Assembly (NCBI GenBank): GCA_000165425.1
Contig: CT868196.1
Coordinates: forward strand, 62,001-126,000
From: Paramecium tetraurelia
Lineage: Eukaryota
Length of the DNA: 64,000 nucleotides
Direction: 5' to 3'
The notes beneath the pieces are model-generated. The model had not been told where the DNA came from and did no database searches. It was given only the letters and a program-made list of their open reading frames with translations. Position 1 is the first letter of the stretch; each line of letters opens with the position of its first letter. This document shows, in pieces, positions 41,114-55,223 of the stretch. A program made the translations under genes and the position numbers.

Positions 41114-43851
41114 TCATTTCAATATTTTTCTCAAAACGTATTGTAAGATACCTCCATGCTTATAATATTCAATTTCTACGTCTGTATCCAATCTCAAAAG
41201 GGTGTTAAAATTGAAAGTAGTATCATCAGATCTCTTGGCAACAATTTCAACAATTTGATTAACCTAGAATAAACTAATGCAATACTTTAATGTTATCCTT
41301 ATTGACATTCAAAGTGAAGAGTTCGTGGCCTGTCAATCCCAAAGATTCAGCAGTTTATCCGTTTGTGAATTCAAGAGGCAATACTCCCATTCCGGCAAGA
41401 TTGCTTCTATGGATTCTTTCATAAGAAATAGCAATGACAGCCTTGACTCCTTGAAGATAGGGTCCTTTGGCTGCCCAATCTCTAGATGATCCAGATCCAT
41501 ATTCAGCACCTCCAATTACAATAGTTTATTGATTTGAATGTAGATACTTTTCAGCTGCATCATATATAGCTACAACTTCTCCTGTAGGCACATAAATAGT
41601 ATTAGGACACTCCTTTCCTTATAACATTTTGTTCTTGATTCTAACATTAGCAAATGTTCCTCTGACCATAATTTCATCATTTCCTCTTCTTGCACCATAT
41701 GTATTGAAGTCCTTCTAAGCAACTCCTCTTTCTTTAAGATATCTACCAGCAGGACTGTTTGCAGAAATATTACCAGCTGGACTAATGTGATCAGTTGTAA
41801 TGGAATCTCCAAAAACTGCTAAACAATAAGCATTAGTAACTGGATTAATGACTGGCAATTCTAAACTTAATCCTTGGAAGTATGGTGGATGATGAATATA
41901 AGTAGATTATTGATCCCATTAATAAAGTTAATCCTTTGGTACTTATAATTCATTCCAATTTTTGGTTCCTTATTTGATTTATTAATAAGTTTGAATGAAC
42001 ATTTATGGTTAAACAACTTAGTCTTCCAATTATTTGATTTCATCTCTAGTTGGCCAAATGTCTTTCAAAAATACACTTTAACCATTCACAACTCCAATGG
42101 GTTCACTCTCAAAGTCAATATCCATTCTTCCTGCCAAGGCAAATGCAACAACCAAAGGAGGAGATGCCAAATAGTTAGCTCTTGTGATTGGATGTACTCT
42201 TCCTTCAAAGTTTCTGTTTCCTGACAGAACTGCAGCTACAACCAAATCGTTATTTGAAACAGTTTCACTCACAGCTTGATCGATTGGACCACTGTTACCA
42301 ATACAAGTCATACAACCATATCCTGTATTATGGAAACCCAATTAATCCAAAAACACATCCAATCCTGCTGCCTTATAATATTATGTAACACATTATGATC
42401 CAGGACTTAAGGATGTCTTTATGTATGGTCTTATTGCTAATCCAGCTTAGACAGCCTTTTTAGCCACTAAACCAGCAGCCAACATGACTCCTGGATTTGA
42501 AGTGTTTGTGCATGATGTAATGGCTGCAATAACAACAGATCCGTGATTCAAACTGTATTTCTATCCTTGATATTAAAACTCAACATCTTAAGCAGCTTTA
42601 ACATTGAATCCCTTAAAGGAAACTGGAGCAGTCAAACCTTAGGTAAACTCTTATTTCAATTAATTTAGAGTGACTCTATCTTATGGTCTCTTTGGACCAG
42701 CAACACAAGGTTGAATAGTTGATAAATCTAATTCTAAAGTGTCACTAAAAGTTGTTTGACTTTCCTCATAAAATAGATGGGCTGCCTTCAAATATTAGGT
42801 GATTAAATTGCATTTCTCTTCACTTCTTCCTGTTTACTTCAAGTAATCGATAGTTTTGTTGTCAACTGGGAAGAATCCCATAGTGGCTCCATACTCTGGG
42901 GCCATATTTGAAACAGTTGCTCTATCAGCCAAAGACAAAGTGGATACTCCTGGACCATAAAACTCAACGAATTTTCCCACAACTTTATTATATATTGATT
43001 TGATATACCTTTCTTCTTTCTTAACATCTCAGTGCAAGTCAAGACCAAATCTGTTGCTGAAATATGAGCACTCAATTATCCTGTCAGTTTAAATCCAACG
43101 ACTTATGGAAGTACCATGCTTGTGCATTCACCTAACATGTTTGCTTCGGCTTCTATTCCACCTACTCCCCAACCTAAGACTCCCAAACCATTAATCATAG
43201 TTGTATGAGAGTCTGTTCCTACTACTGAGTCTGGATATAAGAGGCTATCCTTCTCAAACACTACTCTTGCTAAGTATTCCAAATTCACTTAATGCACAAT
43301 TCCACTGCCTGGTGGCACTATTTCGAAATTCTTGAAAGCTGAGCTTCCCCATTTTAAGAATCTAAATCTCTCTAAATTTCTCTCAAATTCTGTCTATTCA
43401 TTCTATTCTCTAGCATCTTTATTTCCATGAAAATCCACTTGCACAGAATGATCAATCACTAAATCAACAGGGCACAAAGGATTAATCAATTCAGGATCCT
43501 TGCCCATAGCTTGAGCTTATGACCTCATAGCTGCCAAGTCAACTACCAAAGGAACACCTAAGAAAATATATGATATTTGATAACCTGTAAAATCTTATAA
43601 TATTACTCTTGCAGGTTTGAAGGCCACTTCAGTGTCTTTTTTGGATGTATCTTCCCAATTCAATATTCTTTCGACATCCTCTGTTTTGACATTGAATCCA
43701 TCGCAATTCCTGACTGCTTACTCTAATGAATCATTCTTATTGAGTATGGCAATCTTGTTACTTTCTCACCAAATAATTAAACCAAATTGTAATATTTGAA
43801 TGTTTGTCCTTCGATTTTGAGCTCAGATGTAGGATATGGATTATTTTCCAT
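41114..43851 (-). CDS. ACO1: cytosolic aconitate hydratase / iron-regulatory-protein-1 type (apparent frameshift at about 43730)
   Basis: [77 protein letters not shown] and [13 protein letters not shown]. Confidence 0.96.
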
Positions 43852-44060
43852 TAATATTATTTAAGGTTATCAATTAAAATTTCTATATTTATATAAAGAT
43901 CCTTCATCTCTTATTATTAATTAATAATGTTATTATCATTAATTGTCAATTCAATTTTATTATTAATAAACACTTCCACTCTAATTGTCACAAATTTGTT
44001 AATTTAGTTAATTTATATCAATATATCACTCATTATTCAAGGATGAGATCAGATTTGTTT

Positions 44061-45326
44061 TCAAACTTTAATCAACAATTATCCAAACGTAATGTTCTTC
44101 TTGTGTTTCTTCTCTCCTGCATTAATGATCTTCCTCGCGAGCTTCTTCTTTTCATTACTGTTTTTTGTCGACTGTGTAGATTGAGTAATGACCGAAACTG
44201 GTAAAAGAGGTATCATGTTGGAGAACGAGGATTGACTAACTGGCTTGATATTTAAAGGGAGTAGCTTCTGAATAGGTCTTTTCCATTTTGCATCCAAGAG
44301 TTTCATCGAAGGTATTGGATAATACCCAAGAATACAATTACACTAAGGGGACAGATTAGCAGTAATTGCTCTCTAACTGTACTCTAGAGAAACGTAATTA
44401 TAATTACATTACCAGTTGTCAATATTTCTTTAATTCTACTTTTCCCTAATTATTATTTGTCAATCAGGCTTTGAAGACTGCGTCTATTAAATTTGAAAAT
44501 ATTTTTATAGGCTTGCTTTTGATGATTATGAGATAGCTGTTTTAAATGGCCTAGAGTATCATGTTCAGTTTACTCGTCCTCCTCGTCATCCTCTTGATGC
44601 AGAGTGGGAAGTTGGGTTTCTTGATTTTTGCCTTGGTCGTCACCATACATTTTCATCATCTTCAAATTTATACAACCTTATGTTAACTTAATAATCATCG
44701 CGAGAGCCTTATTATTTAATGACCTTAGCTCTTCCATTTTGTATCCTCTCCAACTTCAGAATGGTTTGAGAATCAAAGGGCGCTGTAATAGGTAAGTAAA
44801 ACGTTTTCAATCTTTATGAAAAGGTCTATAACTTTGTAGTCCTCTTGTCAATGTAAAGTTTTGGAGGAGAGAGCGAATTGTACACATGTAATTAGATGGA
44901 ATGCTTCGAATTTTCTCTGGAGGGATTTTAATGAGTATCATCAGAACAAAGATTAGGTTGGGCTTTTGGACTAGCCTAGTGATTGTAAAATGCAGTGTTA
45001 TGATGTTTGTTGGTTCTTTTTTTAGGTTTTTGTTCTTATTTTTTAATAATTTCAATGAGGGTCTTTTTTTAAATTTAATGTCTTTTATTTCTCATTTTAA
45101 TTTGCTTTCTTTGTTGCATTTTGATGTTGTGGTCTTTGAGTTTGGAAATGATGTTTTAGTAAGGTTAAAAAGTGGGTAAGATAGTAGTTACATATAGCAT
45201 TTTTTTATTAGCATATCCGAATAAGTTAGATTCGCATGACCTTGTTTTATTTAAGTTGCTTGGAATATTGGAGGAGAGTGAGTTAGTGAAGTTCTTGAAG
45301 GAGCAGGCTTGGAATCGATTGCGCAT
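44061..45326 (-). CDS. hypothetical protein
   Basis: Code-6 frame from MRNRFQACSFKNF... to ...KKNITFGQLLIKV TGA, with probable short introns. No family motif recognised. Confidence 0.65.
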
Positions 45327-45439
45327 ATTAATAATTAATAAATTAAAATAAAGGGCTTTTTTGGAATTTGATATATATATATACAAAGTTACAGTAATTG
45401 TGAGACGATGATTAAATTTTAAAAATATTTATTTAAAAT

Positions 45440-47151
45440 ATGAGTTTAGCATTTGATGACTATGGCAGACCATACATTATTTTGAGGGATCAAGGATCGA
45501 AGAAAAGAATGAAGGGATTGGAGGCATATAAAAGCAATATATTGGCTGCCAAGGCTGTTGCAAATACACTATCATCATCTCTTGGACCAAAGGGAATGGA
45601 TAAGATGTTGGTCTCTCCAGACGGCGATGTTTCAGTAACAAACGATGGTTCGATCATAGTGGAGAAGATGGTAAGGAATTATTTTAAATAAATTATAGGA
45701 AATATAGCATCCAACCGCGAAATTATTAGTTGAATTGTCATAATCACAAGATGCTGAGATCGGTGATGGCACAACAGGCGTAGTAGTGTTGGCTGGAAAA
45801 TTGTTAGAGTAGGCTCTCACTTTGTTAGATAAAGGAAATCATCCATTGAAGATTAGTGATGGATTCGATAGAGCATGCGATGTTGCCATAAGTAAACATC
45901 TATATTACTAATAATCTAGAACATTTGGAAACAATATCTGAAGAAATAGATATTCAAGCAAATGAGCATGAGGCTTTGATCTAAGCAGCCTGCACAGCTC
46001 TTGGATCTAAAGTTGTATCTAAAAGAAAGAGAGAACTTGGTAAGATTGCAGTCACTGCAGTCTTGGATGTGGCTGACTTAGCCAGGAAAGATGTCAATTT
46101 GGATTTGATCAAAATTCAAACCAAAACTGGAGGAAGTGTAGAAGATACAAGATTGATTTCAGGAATTCTTATTGACAAAGATATGAGTCATCCACAAATG
46201 CCAAAGGAGGTTAAGGAAGCCAAAATCTGTTTATTAACATGTCCATTCGAACCACCCAAACCAAAGACCAAGCACAACATCAACATTTCTAGTGCAGAAG
46301 ACTACAAGAAATTATACTAATAGGAATAACAATACTTTGTTGATATGGTCAAGTTAGTCAAAGATAGTGGAGCCAACATAGCCTTATGTTAATGGGGTTT
46401 TGATGATGAAGCCAATCACTTATTGTTATAAAATGAACTCCCTGCTGTTAGATGGGTATCAGGAACTGATGTTGAACTCATTGCTATGGCTACTGGAGCT
46501 AGAATCATTCCCAGATTTTAAGAAATCACACCTGAAAAATTAGGAAAAGCTGGTTCAGTCAAAGAAGTACAATTCGGAACTTCCAACGAAAGGATGTTAG
46601 TCATCGAGAATTGTCAATGCACCAAGGCTGTCACTATTCTTATTAGAGGAGGAAGTCAAATGATTGTCGATGAAGCCAAAAGGTCTATCCATGATGCAAT
46701 CTGTGTCATCAGAAACTTAATCAAAGATAATAGAATCGTCTACGGAGGAGGTTCTGCTGAATTAGCTTGTGCTATCTAAGTACTCTAATATGCTGATGAG
46801 GTATCTCATTTATAATAGTTTAGGTCTCATCAGTTGAATAATATGCCATCAGGTCATTCGCAGATGCCTTAGAGGGTATTCCTTGTTGCTTAGCAGATAA
46901 TTGTGGTCTTAATCCTATTACATCTGTTGCTTAAGCCAAGTCAAGATAATTACAAGAAAACAACCCAAGAATTGGAATTGATTGCATGGAATTAGTAATT
47001 ACTATTGATTATATTTAAGGGTACCACTGATATGAAGGAATAAAGAATTTACGAAACTTTGAGCTCAAAGAAATAGCAAATTTAATTAGCCACCCAAGTT
47101 GTCAAAATGATATTAAAAATAGATGATGTTATTGCACCTGACGATTATTGA
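45440..47151 (+). CDS. CCT5: T-complex protein 1 subunit epsilon
   Basis: [18 protein letters not shown] (CCT5-type N-terminus), [45 protein letters not shown] and VKMILKIDD. Confidence 0.97.
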
Positions 47152-47213
47152 GTATTAAATGGTATTATGTTCAAATATTATAATAATATATATGTTCCTA
47201 TTTATCTTATATT

Positions 47214-47772
47214 TCAAAGGGGTTTAAAGATCAACGCCACAGTAATGTCTTTGGCTGCTACTTTGGTTTCTGATGGGTTGATTGGATTATTAATTAGGTA
47301 GATCGCATCCTTTTCATTATATCCAATTAAGACTCCATAGTTCTTTCCGTAATTTATGTTCAATACAATGTAGTACTTGTTGTTATAATATTCTACATTT
47401 AACTTGTATATTACCTATGGCTGTCCTTAAATCAGATACTGTTTTCACAATGTGTAAGCCAACCTTGTCCAAAACTGAAAAATTAATTTCACTTCCTTAT
47501 TTATACCCATTGTTATTGGTCAAGTATTTATTCAATATTGCTGGGTTCACAGCTCTATTGTTTATTGTCTTGCCACTTGTTTGTAATATCATTGATATGC
47601 AACTTACCAAGCTACCATTTTAGCAAATAGTTTTTTGGGAATCGCCGTTGATTTATTCGCTATGCCATTTCTGATCACAGTTCTAATAAGCTGTAATAGC
47701 TCTAATCTGCTATCCCAATCCACAGGTCATCAGCATAAAGAAAACTATCATTGTGTTTTTAAAAGAGCCCAT
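47214..47772 (-). CDS. secreted peptidase C39-like protein, catalytic residues apparently substituted
   Basis: Signal peptide, then AYQNCDQKW...TICQNGSLVSCISMIL...NPAILNKYLTNNNGY...NINYGKNYGVLIGY...INNP. One 22-nt intron. About 178 aa. Confidence 0.7.
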
Positions 47773-47834
47773 CGTAAGAAATTAAAATTAAATTAATTAT
47801 ATAATAAATTCCAGAATGAAATCTTTTTAAAATG

Positions 47835-50800
47835 TCAGTATTTCTCATTCACTCCGATCATCCTAGCATGACGCTCAAATTAATCATCTAATAACAACAC
47901 AGTTCTTGGAACAATAAGTACAAATCTTCTCACTTAATTCAATTCTTTTATCATTATTATTGGCAATATTCCGGAAAAATAAACTATTAACAAGATATTC
48001 AAGATTATGTAACATATAGATAATGCCTATAATAAAGTAATATATTCTACATTTGAAATGTTTATTTATTCCTAAGTTATTGTCACCATCCCATTCTTGA
48101 ATATCTTACTCATGTATTAAAATGCTCTTGTTATTATCAATCCTCCCTCCATATCAAAAAATATATATTCTACTCTCTATGTAAAATTATTAATTGACTA
48201 TTCTTGTAAAATCTCATTATAAAGATATTTGATTGTGGGCAACAATCCTAATTTTAAATTTCCATTAAAAGAGATGTCACAATAATAACTCAGAAATCCA
48301 ACTTACTCATCTCCTAAAACATCGCATACGTTTTGTTCTTGCACTGTATTAAAATAATCTGAAAATCCTTCTGACGAATAATATAAATCGGGGTCAAAAT
48401 TTAAACACAATTTGAGAAAGCTTGATATATCATTTAAACTATCTCTTATTGTTTCATAAAACAATAGGTTGTCCTCCTCCCTTATATATGGCAAAGATGG
48501 AAAAGTTAATTTAAATTCCCTATTTCTGGGTAGTGATCCTGTTGATAATGACATATTTTAAAGAAATTTATATAGGTCGCATGAATTCGGGTATTTGTCC
48601 AAATACTATTAGACTTGTTAATTGCTAAAAAAACTGAATAAAAAAAACAACATCCAAACTCCTAGTAGAATGATAACTGAGTAGGTAATAGACAACTGTT
48701 TAAATTAGGGTAAATATTTTGATTCCTTATACTTTTGTTATTCCTTTTCAATTATTCCTTTTTCATACACTATTTATTCCTCAAACTATTCAACCTCAAA
48801 CTTATAATGATAAAGACGATCCGGATTTTATTTTAATTATTTAATTAACGTTTTAGTTTTCTCTATCTCCCTTTAAACCTTTATATTTGAAAAGTATCTA
48901 AATAAGTTCAAATATTTATCTTAGAGCTATCGATAAAGTTTCATATAATAAATGGCAAGACCAACAGGCAAAAAACTAAAGATTAAAAAAATCATCCAAA
49001 TTTGGTTCCATTTATCCTTTATTACTATACTTCTTTATTTGGAATAAGCCCATGCATCTTAAGCTAAGTCTTCAAGAAGGTTATGCAGTTTGAAAGCATT
49101 TGCAAATTGAAATACCTAATAGGTCTAATTTGCTGGAGTTAACCTTGCTTAAAATCTCAAAAGAAATTCATAGTAATAGGTTAGAAAAGTAAAGAACACT
49201 TCTCTCACGTTGTATGTCACTGGGTAAGTATTCAAACCAAATTCGTACATGTAATACACAGTTACATTCTTATCATTATAAAATGGTTAAAGATATTGAT
49301 TATTTAATTGTTCAGTGAATCCATTCTTAAATTCATTATAACCAATATGCATATTATTGTAAAAAAGATCAGTTAAATTATTGAACCTGTCTTTGGTGAT
49401 TACTTTTTTATTTAAGAATCCTGTATAAGTAAATATTGCGAACCTCATTTGAAAGTAAAAATCATGAGGTACCATGACTCCTGAATGCAATTGTATCATA
49501 TCAATTTCAGCTATAAATCTAGTTAAATCTTACGAAACCAAAGCAAGTACAATTATATAAAAAATAAGACAGATCAATAAACTAACCAGAATAAGCAACA
49601 ATAATTTATTCATTGAAGGTGGTGTTTATGAAAACAGTGAATCATGAACGAGCTCATATTTTTTATAAAACATTGATCTCTAAATTCCAGTTTATTTGGA
49701 TGTCAAAGTTGTATTTTTCTTGTATTATTGCTCATAGAAATCTTCTTTTTAATCAATAGGAAGAATGTTTTGATGCTATATTTATTAAATAGATTTTTGC
49801 ATACTGTAAGAATTATCTCGAATGCTTTAATTAAAGTAATCTTGCTATTATAATTAAGGCTATTTTGAGTAGGATATCTCATTTAACCCAATTTAACTTG
49901 AATTAGGACTCAATATGTTGGGTTCAAAATCAGATTGGGGTATATGTTAAATATAAACAGCAGGCATTTTAGATGCTAATAGTATTTCCTCTTACTATAT
50001 TTATTCTATGATATTGAATTTATTTAGTTTCTTCTAAAATTCTTTAGCATTAAGAGCTGGTGCTTCAGATTCCGTAAGTTAGCTCAATTAAAACATATTC
50101 TCAATATCATTTTACGATTTAAAGACTGGTAATGATATCATATTTAATTAATTCTGAGGTCTACAATCTCCCAATTCAATAATATAATAATTAAAATCCC
50201 AAATATTATGAAATTGTATGCGAAGATCAACCATGTATAAATTTAAATTTTTACTATCGTTCCAAAGTCCCTGCAGGGAAATCTTATGATCAGATTACTG
50301 TAAATATTAACTGAATACATCCTATTTTAAAAATCTTAATTCAGTTGAAATGCTATTTTTCTTATGTTTAATAATCATTGGGAATTCAGGAAATATGAAA
50401 TCTATGCTCAATATTTTTAAATTAAAATCGCTAAACTCATCTATAAATGTATTGGAATATTTCAATTTTTCGAAAACTGTTTCTGTAAATCCTCCTAATT
50501 GTTCATTTACATCAACAAAGATGTAAGATTAGGTAGTAGCAGTATTCTACAAAAATATGGAGTATCTAAATAAATAATATTCATCAAAATGAATATCAAA
50601 TAACAAATCACAACATTTAACAAAGTTATTTGCTGATTTATAAAATGATTGAGAATAAGATAAATAATATTTTGCTTCTCCTGTTTATATAAAGTTATTT
50701 ACTAGAATATTGTGCTCATTTAATATAAAATCTGGTAAGATATAACTTATAGTTGTAAACTCTTTTTATTGCTCATTACTAAAATCAAAAAACTTTTATG

Positions 50801-52850
50801 TATTTTCAGAACAGTTTAGGACTAATATTTCTCCTTAATCTTCCAATTAAGCTGCACTCATATATACAACTTCTTTGGAGAACAAGGAAATTTAAAGATT
50901 TTATTCAATATCAATTAACTGTTATTCAGATATTGATGTTAAGTTCTTTATTCGATAGGCTTCTATAAAATTGTTTTATAATTCTGCTTAAAAATAAATT
51001 AACATAGATTATATTTTATGACTGGGATATTAATCATATCTTCGATTCAATTTTTATTCGATCTTATGCATTTAACCACTTATTTTTTTAGCCGATTCAA
51101 ACAACTTTTGATGATTCAATATCTTTTTATTTACGAATTAAGTGTAAAATTGAACCTTTTCTTACAATAATTGCAGTATTGAATATCTTAAATTGTTATT
51201 TCTTTTCTCGTTTTTCAAAAACATTTCAACTCCTAGTTAAATTTCAGTAAATTTATATTTTTTGTTATTAACCATTAACATATGTAATTTAATATCTTAA
51301 CGAATCATCTATTTTAAGTAATTCAACTGAGCTTAAGTTATCATTGGAATTTTATCTTTTATTGATATTAGCAGCTTATTCTTTTTTAATATCTTCTTTT
51401 AAATAATATTATTTAAATCTTCTGAGTTAGATTTACCTGATTTACTCATAGATCTAATAGACTCCTTTGCCTTATTGTTAAAGGTTTACATCCTTGACAC
51501 TTCACTATCCTTTATATAAATGTCAGAGCTATAGTTTAACCTTTTCCCTTAACTTTGACTATTAGCAATCATAATTTATTTATATGCTAAATTATAGAAT
51601 TTCAATTAAAAAAGGATAGACACATATTGAATGTCAAAATTCTTATCCTCCTATATTAATTTACTTAGAATTGATAATTATTTACTATTAAATTTTAACT
51701 CCACATCTGGATCCAATGTTTCAAATATATGCTCACGTGTATTTCCTCCATTATAATTCATATATCCATAATGTTAATAAATCAAAGAGTTTATTAGATA
51801 GTATTATGTCTTATTAAATTAAAGATTTATTATTTTTCCAAACAAATATTTAATAAATGATATTTTATTTTATTTAACAAATTTTAAAAGTTGAGTTGTT
51901 TCGAAGGATTTGAATTCTTGATTTATAACCTAATAAAACAATAAAAATAAAATTAGAGTAAGAACATTAATAAAACGTTCATATTCGTCTAAAAGGTAAA
52001 GTATTAAAGTATTAAATCCTAACTGCAATCCAAAACAAGAAAATACCAGGATAATTTATTACTCAACTGACTTGCAAGTGTGTAATTCAAAAACTCTCAA
52101 AATTTTGATAGCAGAAATTATTATTATTAAGATAGATTAAATTATCAATGCATTTTTGAGATTGTTTACTATAGAATAACTAATAAATTAAATTATATAG
52201 AGTAGTTATAGGACATAATCTAAGAATGACACATAAATTTGATTAAATGATGTCAATTTTAAGTCAAAACTTTTAAGGCAAACTATTTGTAAAGTTATCT
52301 GGAAACAGATAATGAATATAAATGTTAAAATAGCTATGAAAATTTGAAGAATTTATTCTGAAAACTCATCATGAATAGTATAGTGAGTCATACTATTCAC
52401 AACAAGCAATGTTAAAGGTATATATAAATATTATTAAAATATTTATGTAATTACAGATGAAATGTTTATTAATGTATGAAATAAGGAGCTCTAATAAAAT
52501 ATTTGTTTCTTTTTCATTAAAGTCGCCACCAAAAATGGGAAAATTATGAAAATTAAAAATATACTAAAGCTTAGTAAATATTGCTCCTCTTCTATTTAAA
52601 ATTAAGCGCATAGTGCAATGTCAAATCTTGAGAGATAGGTAATAAAATATTAGTAATTAAATTATTAATACAACAGGTTTTATTTGTCTTTATATTAGGG
52701 CAATTATAAATAGGTAATGTATTAGAATGTACCAAGTGAAAATATGAGATATTGTAAATAATTTGGTAATTAGTAAAACTAATGGACAAACAATAGATTT
52801 TCAAAAAATGAGAGTTTCAATTATTTTCTAGTGCTATGAGAGGGTTCCAT
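47835..52850 (-). CDS. large multi-pass membrane PAS-domain protein (ciliate PAS S-box / TmcB-TmcC-like family)
   Basis: N-terminal TM bundle, PAS-like ISYILPDFILNEHNILVNNFIQTG, further TM helices, and C-terminal RRFVLIVPRTVLLLDDQF. About 5 kb. Confidence 0.78.
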
Positions 52851-53345
52851 TTATTTTTTTGCAGCCCTCCAAATTTAAAATGTTTTTATTAATTGAATTA
52901 ATTAGACATTTTCTAATATTTTTCATGTTTCATTGAATTTAATAGTCAATTACCCTAAAAGAAACCAACATTAAGATGCCAATAATATGAGAATTATGTT
53001 TGATTCAAATTATTTTGATTGATAGTAATATGGATATGAAATAATTATTTACATTAAACTTATTTTATATTAAAAAAAGAGAACAAAAGCTAATTTCAGT
53101 CTAAATATTCAAACATAACTTCTTGTAAAGCTGTTTAATCTTAAATTTCAGGATACCAAAATCAATATTTCTAAATTTTATGATTTTGAGCATATGTTTT
53201 CTGCTGTTTAATTTTAATGGATTTATAAATGACTAATTGTTTGGTTATCATTATGATTTTATTTATTGCTTTTATCAAATAATATTTTTTCGTATTAATT
53301 AGTTAAAAACCAAATTTTTCTTAAGGCATTAATAAATATTTACTC

Positions 53346-54722
53346 TCAGACTTTAATTACTACTCTAATTAAACAAATTAGTTTCGATTTTCTGACGATG
53401 AGAGATTTGTAATACTAATTTATTGCTTTATTGATCAAGAATTTGATATCATCTATTTCAGTCTTAAGTTTAATTATGTATTATTCTGATTATTATTATT
53501 ATTTCACCTAAAAATAACAATAAATAATTATATATATATGAAAATGAATATATAAACAATATGATAATTGCTATTATAATTATATTTAAGCCTCTTATTT
53601 TAATTCATCATGTTCATTGTAGCTGGATTCTTATTGATCGCTTCCTTATTATTCTTGATCATCTTCTTTGATATTAACACTATTATTTTATGGATTAGAA
53701 CGCATCGTCTAACCCATTACTTATTGTTATTATTGCTAACCACCCTTTTCAGTCTTCTTTTTATTATTCTGTTTGTATGTGGCTTCAACTTCTACCAATT
53801 TTCTTTTATTTTGATTTCTACTTTATAATTCTTTCTATTATCTTTTATTACTATCCTTTGCTCTTTATTAGTTAATTTATTCCTGAGCATTTCCTAAAAC
53901 ATTTTTTAAGTTTCCAATCTAAAATTGGCTAATATAGATTTACTAATTAATGATCGGATGGGAGGTGTAGTTCACCAAATTTGACTGCCTTTTAATAGGT
54001 TTAAATCGCCTCATCGAATCTCTTCAAATATTCAAATTCAACACCTAAATTATGATAAGCTATTGCTAAGACTGCAACTCTATCTTTCATCTTTTGCTCT
54101 CCTGATTTTTAATCCTAATTTTAACTTTGTTCCATTTTTTAATCTGGTGGTTTCATTAAAAATTCATCTTATAATAATACTACTGATATCAAAGCATGTT
54201 CCAATGCTTCAGCGTGCTATTATATAACATTCCTTACTCTATTTAATTATGATAGGACAGCACACATATTTAAATGGGTGTCAGCCAAAGATGGTGCGGC
54301 TTCCTGTCTAATTTCTATTTCCAATGCTTATTACAAATATTACAGAGCACTTCTGAGTTTCCCATTTCTTCTGTAGAAACAAGCCAAATTGTTGTAGGTT
54401 ATCGCTCTAATAAAAAAGAATAAATATTAAGAGATCAATACTTATATCTAGTACTAGATTATGCTAATAGGTCTGCCTTCTTTAAAAACTCTAATGAAGC
54501 ATCGAATTTTTCTTTTTGTAAGAAAATCATAGCTATTAAGTTACATAATTCACACAATTTATCACTAGTTTTGAAATATTCTTCAGAATCCTCACCATAT
54601 GCAGACTTCTTTATCATCAGCATCTCCTCAAAAACATTCAAAGCTTCTAAGTATTTATTTTATTGTTAGAATTGTTAGGCTTGCTAGTCCAATTGTAAAA
54701 GTCTTTCTCTAATGCTATCCAT
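53346..54722 (-). CDS. tetratricopeptide-repeat protein (3' end uncertain)
   Basis: RAITYNNLACFYRRNGKLRSALQYLQQAL, ADTHLNMCAVLS and AVLAIAYHNLGVEFEYL TPR motifs. Coding-like composition fades near 53590, but the first in-frame TGA is at 53346-53348. Confidence 0.85.
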
Positions 54723-55223
54723 ATTATAATAAAAATTATAAATAAATAATTCAGTCAATCTATGGGTAAGGAACTTTCTAGTCATATATCTAGAAGAAGG
54801 ACTGTAATCTGAACTAATAAATAAGAAAAATATATAGCCCATAATATTATAGGTACTCTAGAAGTCTCTAACACACATCGCAAAAATAGGCGTAACGGCC
54901 TCAAAATATTAAATTTATTAATAAAGAGTTTTCAAATATGAGATAGTTTTGTTCTAATAATGTAGGATTAATTATGAGCTATCGAGTTTTCATATTTATT
55001 TTAAGTTTATGAATAAATAAAGGAGCATTTAATGGTATATTCTTTAGCAAATCGTTTTCAAAGTTGATCAATTTGTATCCTAGTTTCTATAGAATTCAGA
55101 AGATTTTAGAATTTTCATTGAATTTCTAAATTTTATGTATTGTAAATAATAAAAATGATATCTTAATTATTGAAATAATTAATATTTAATAATCCTACAA
55201 CAAAAATGAATAAAATGCTTTTA

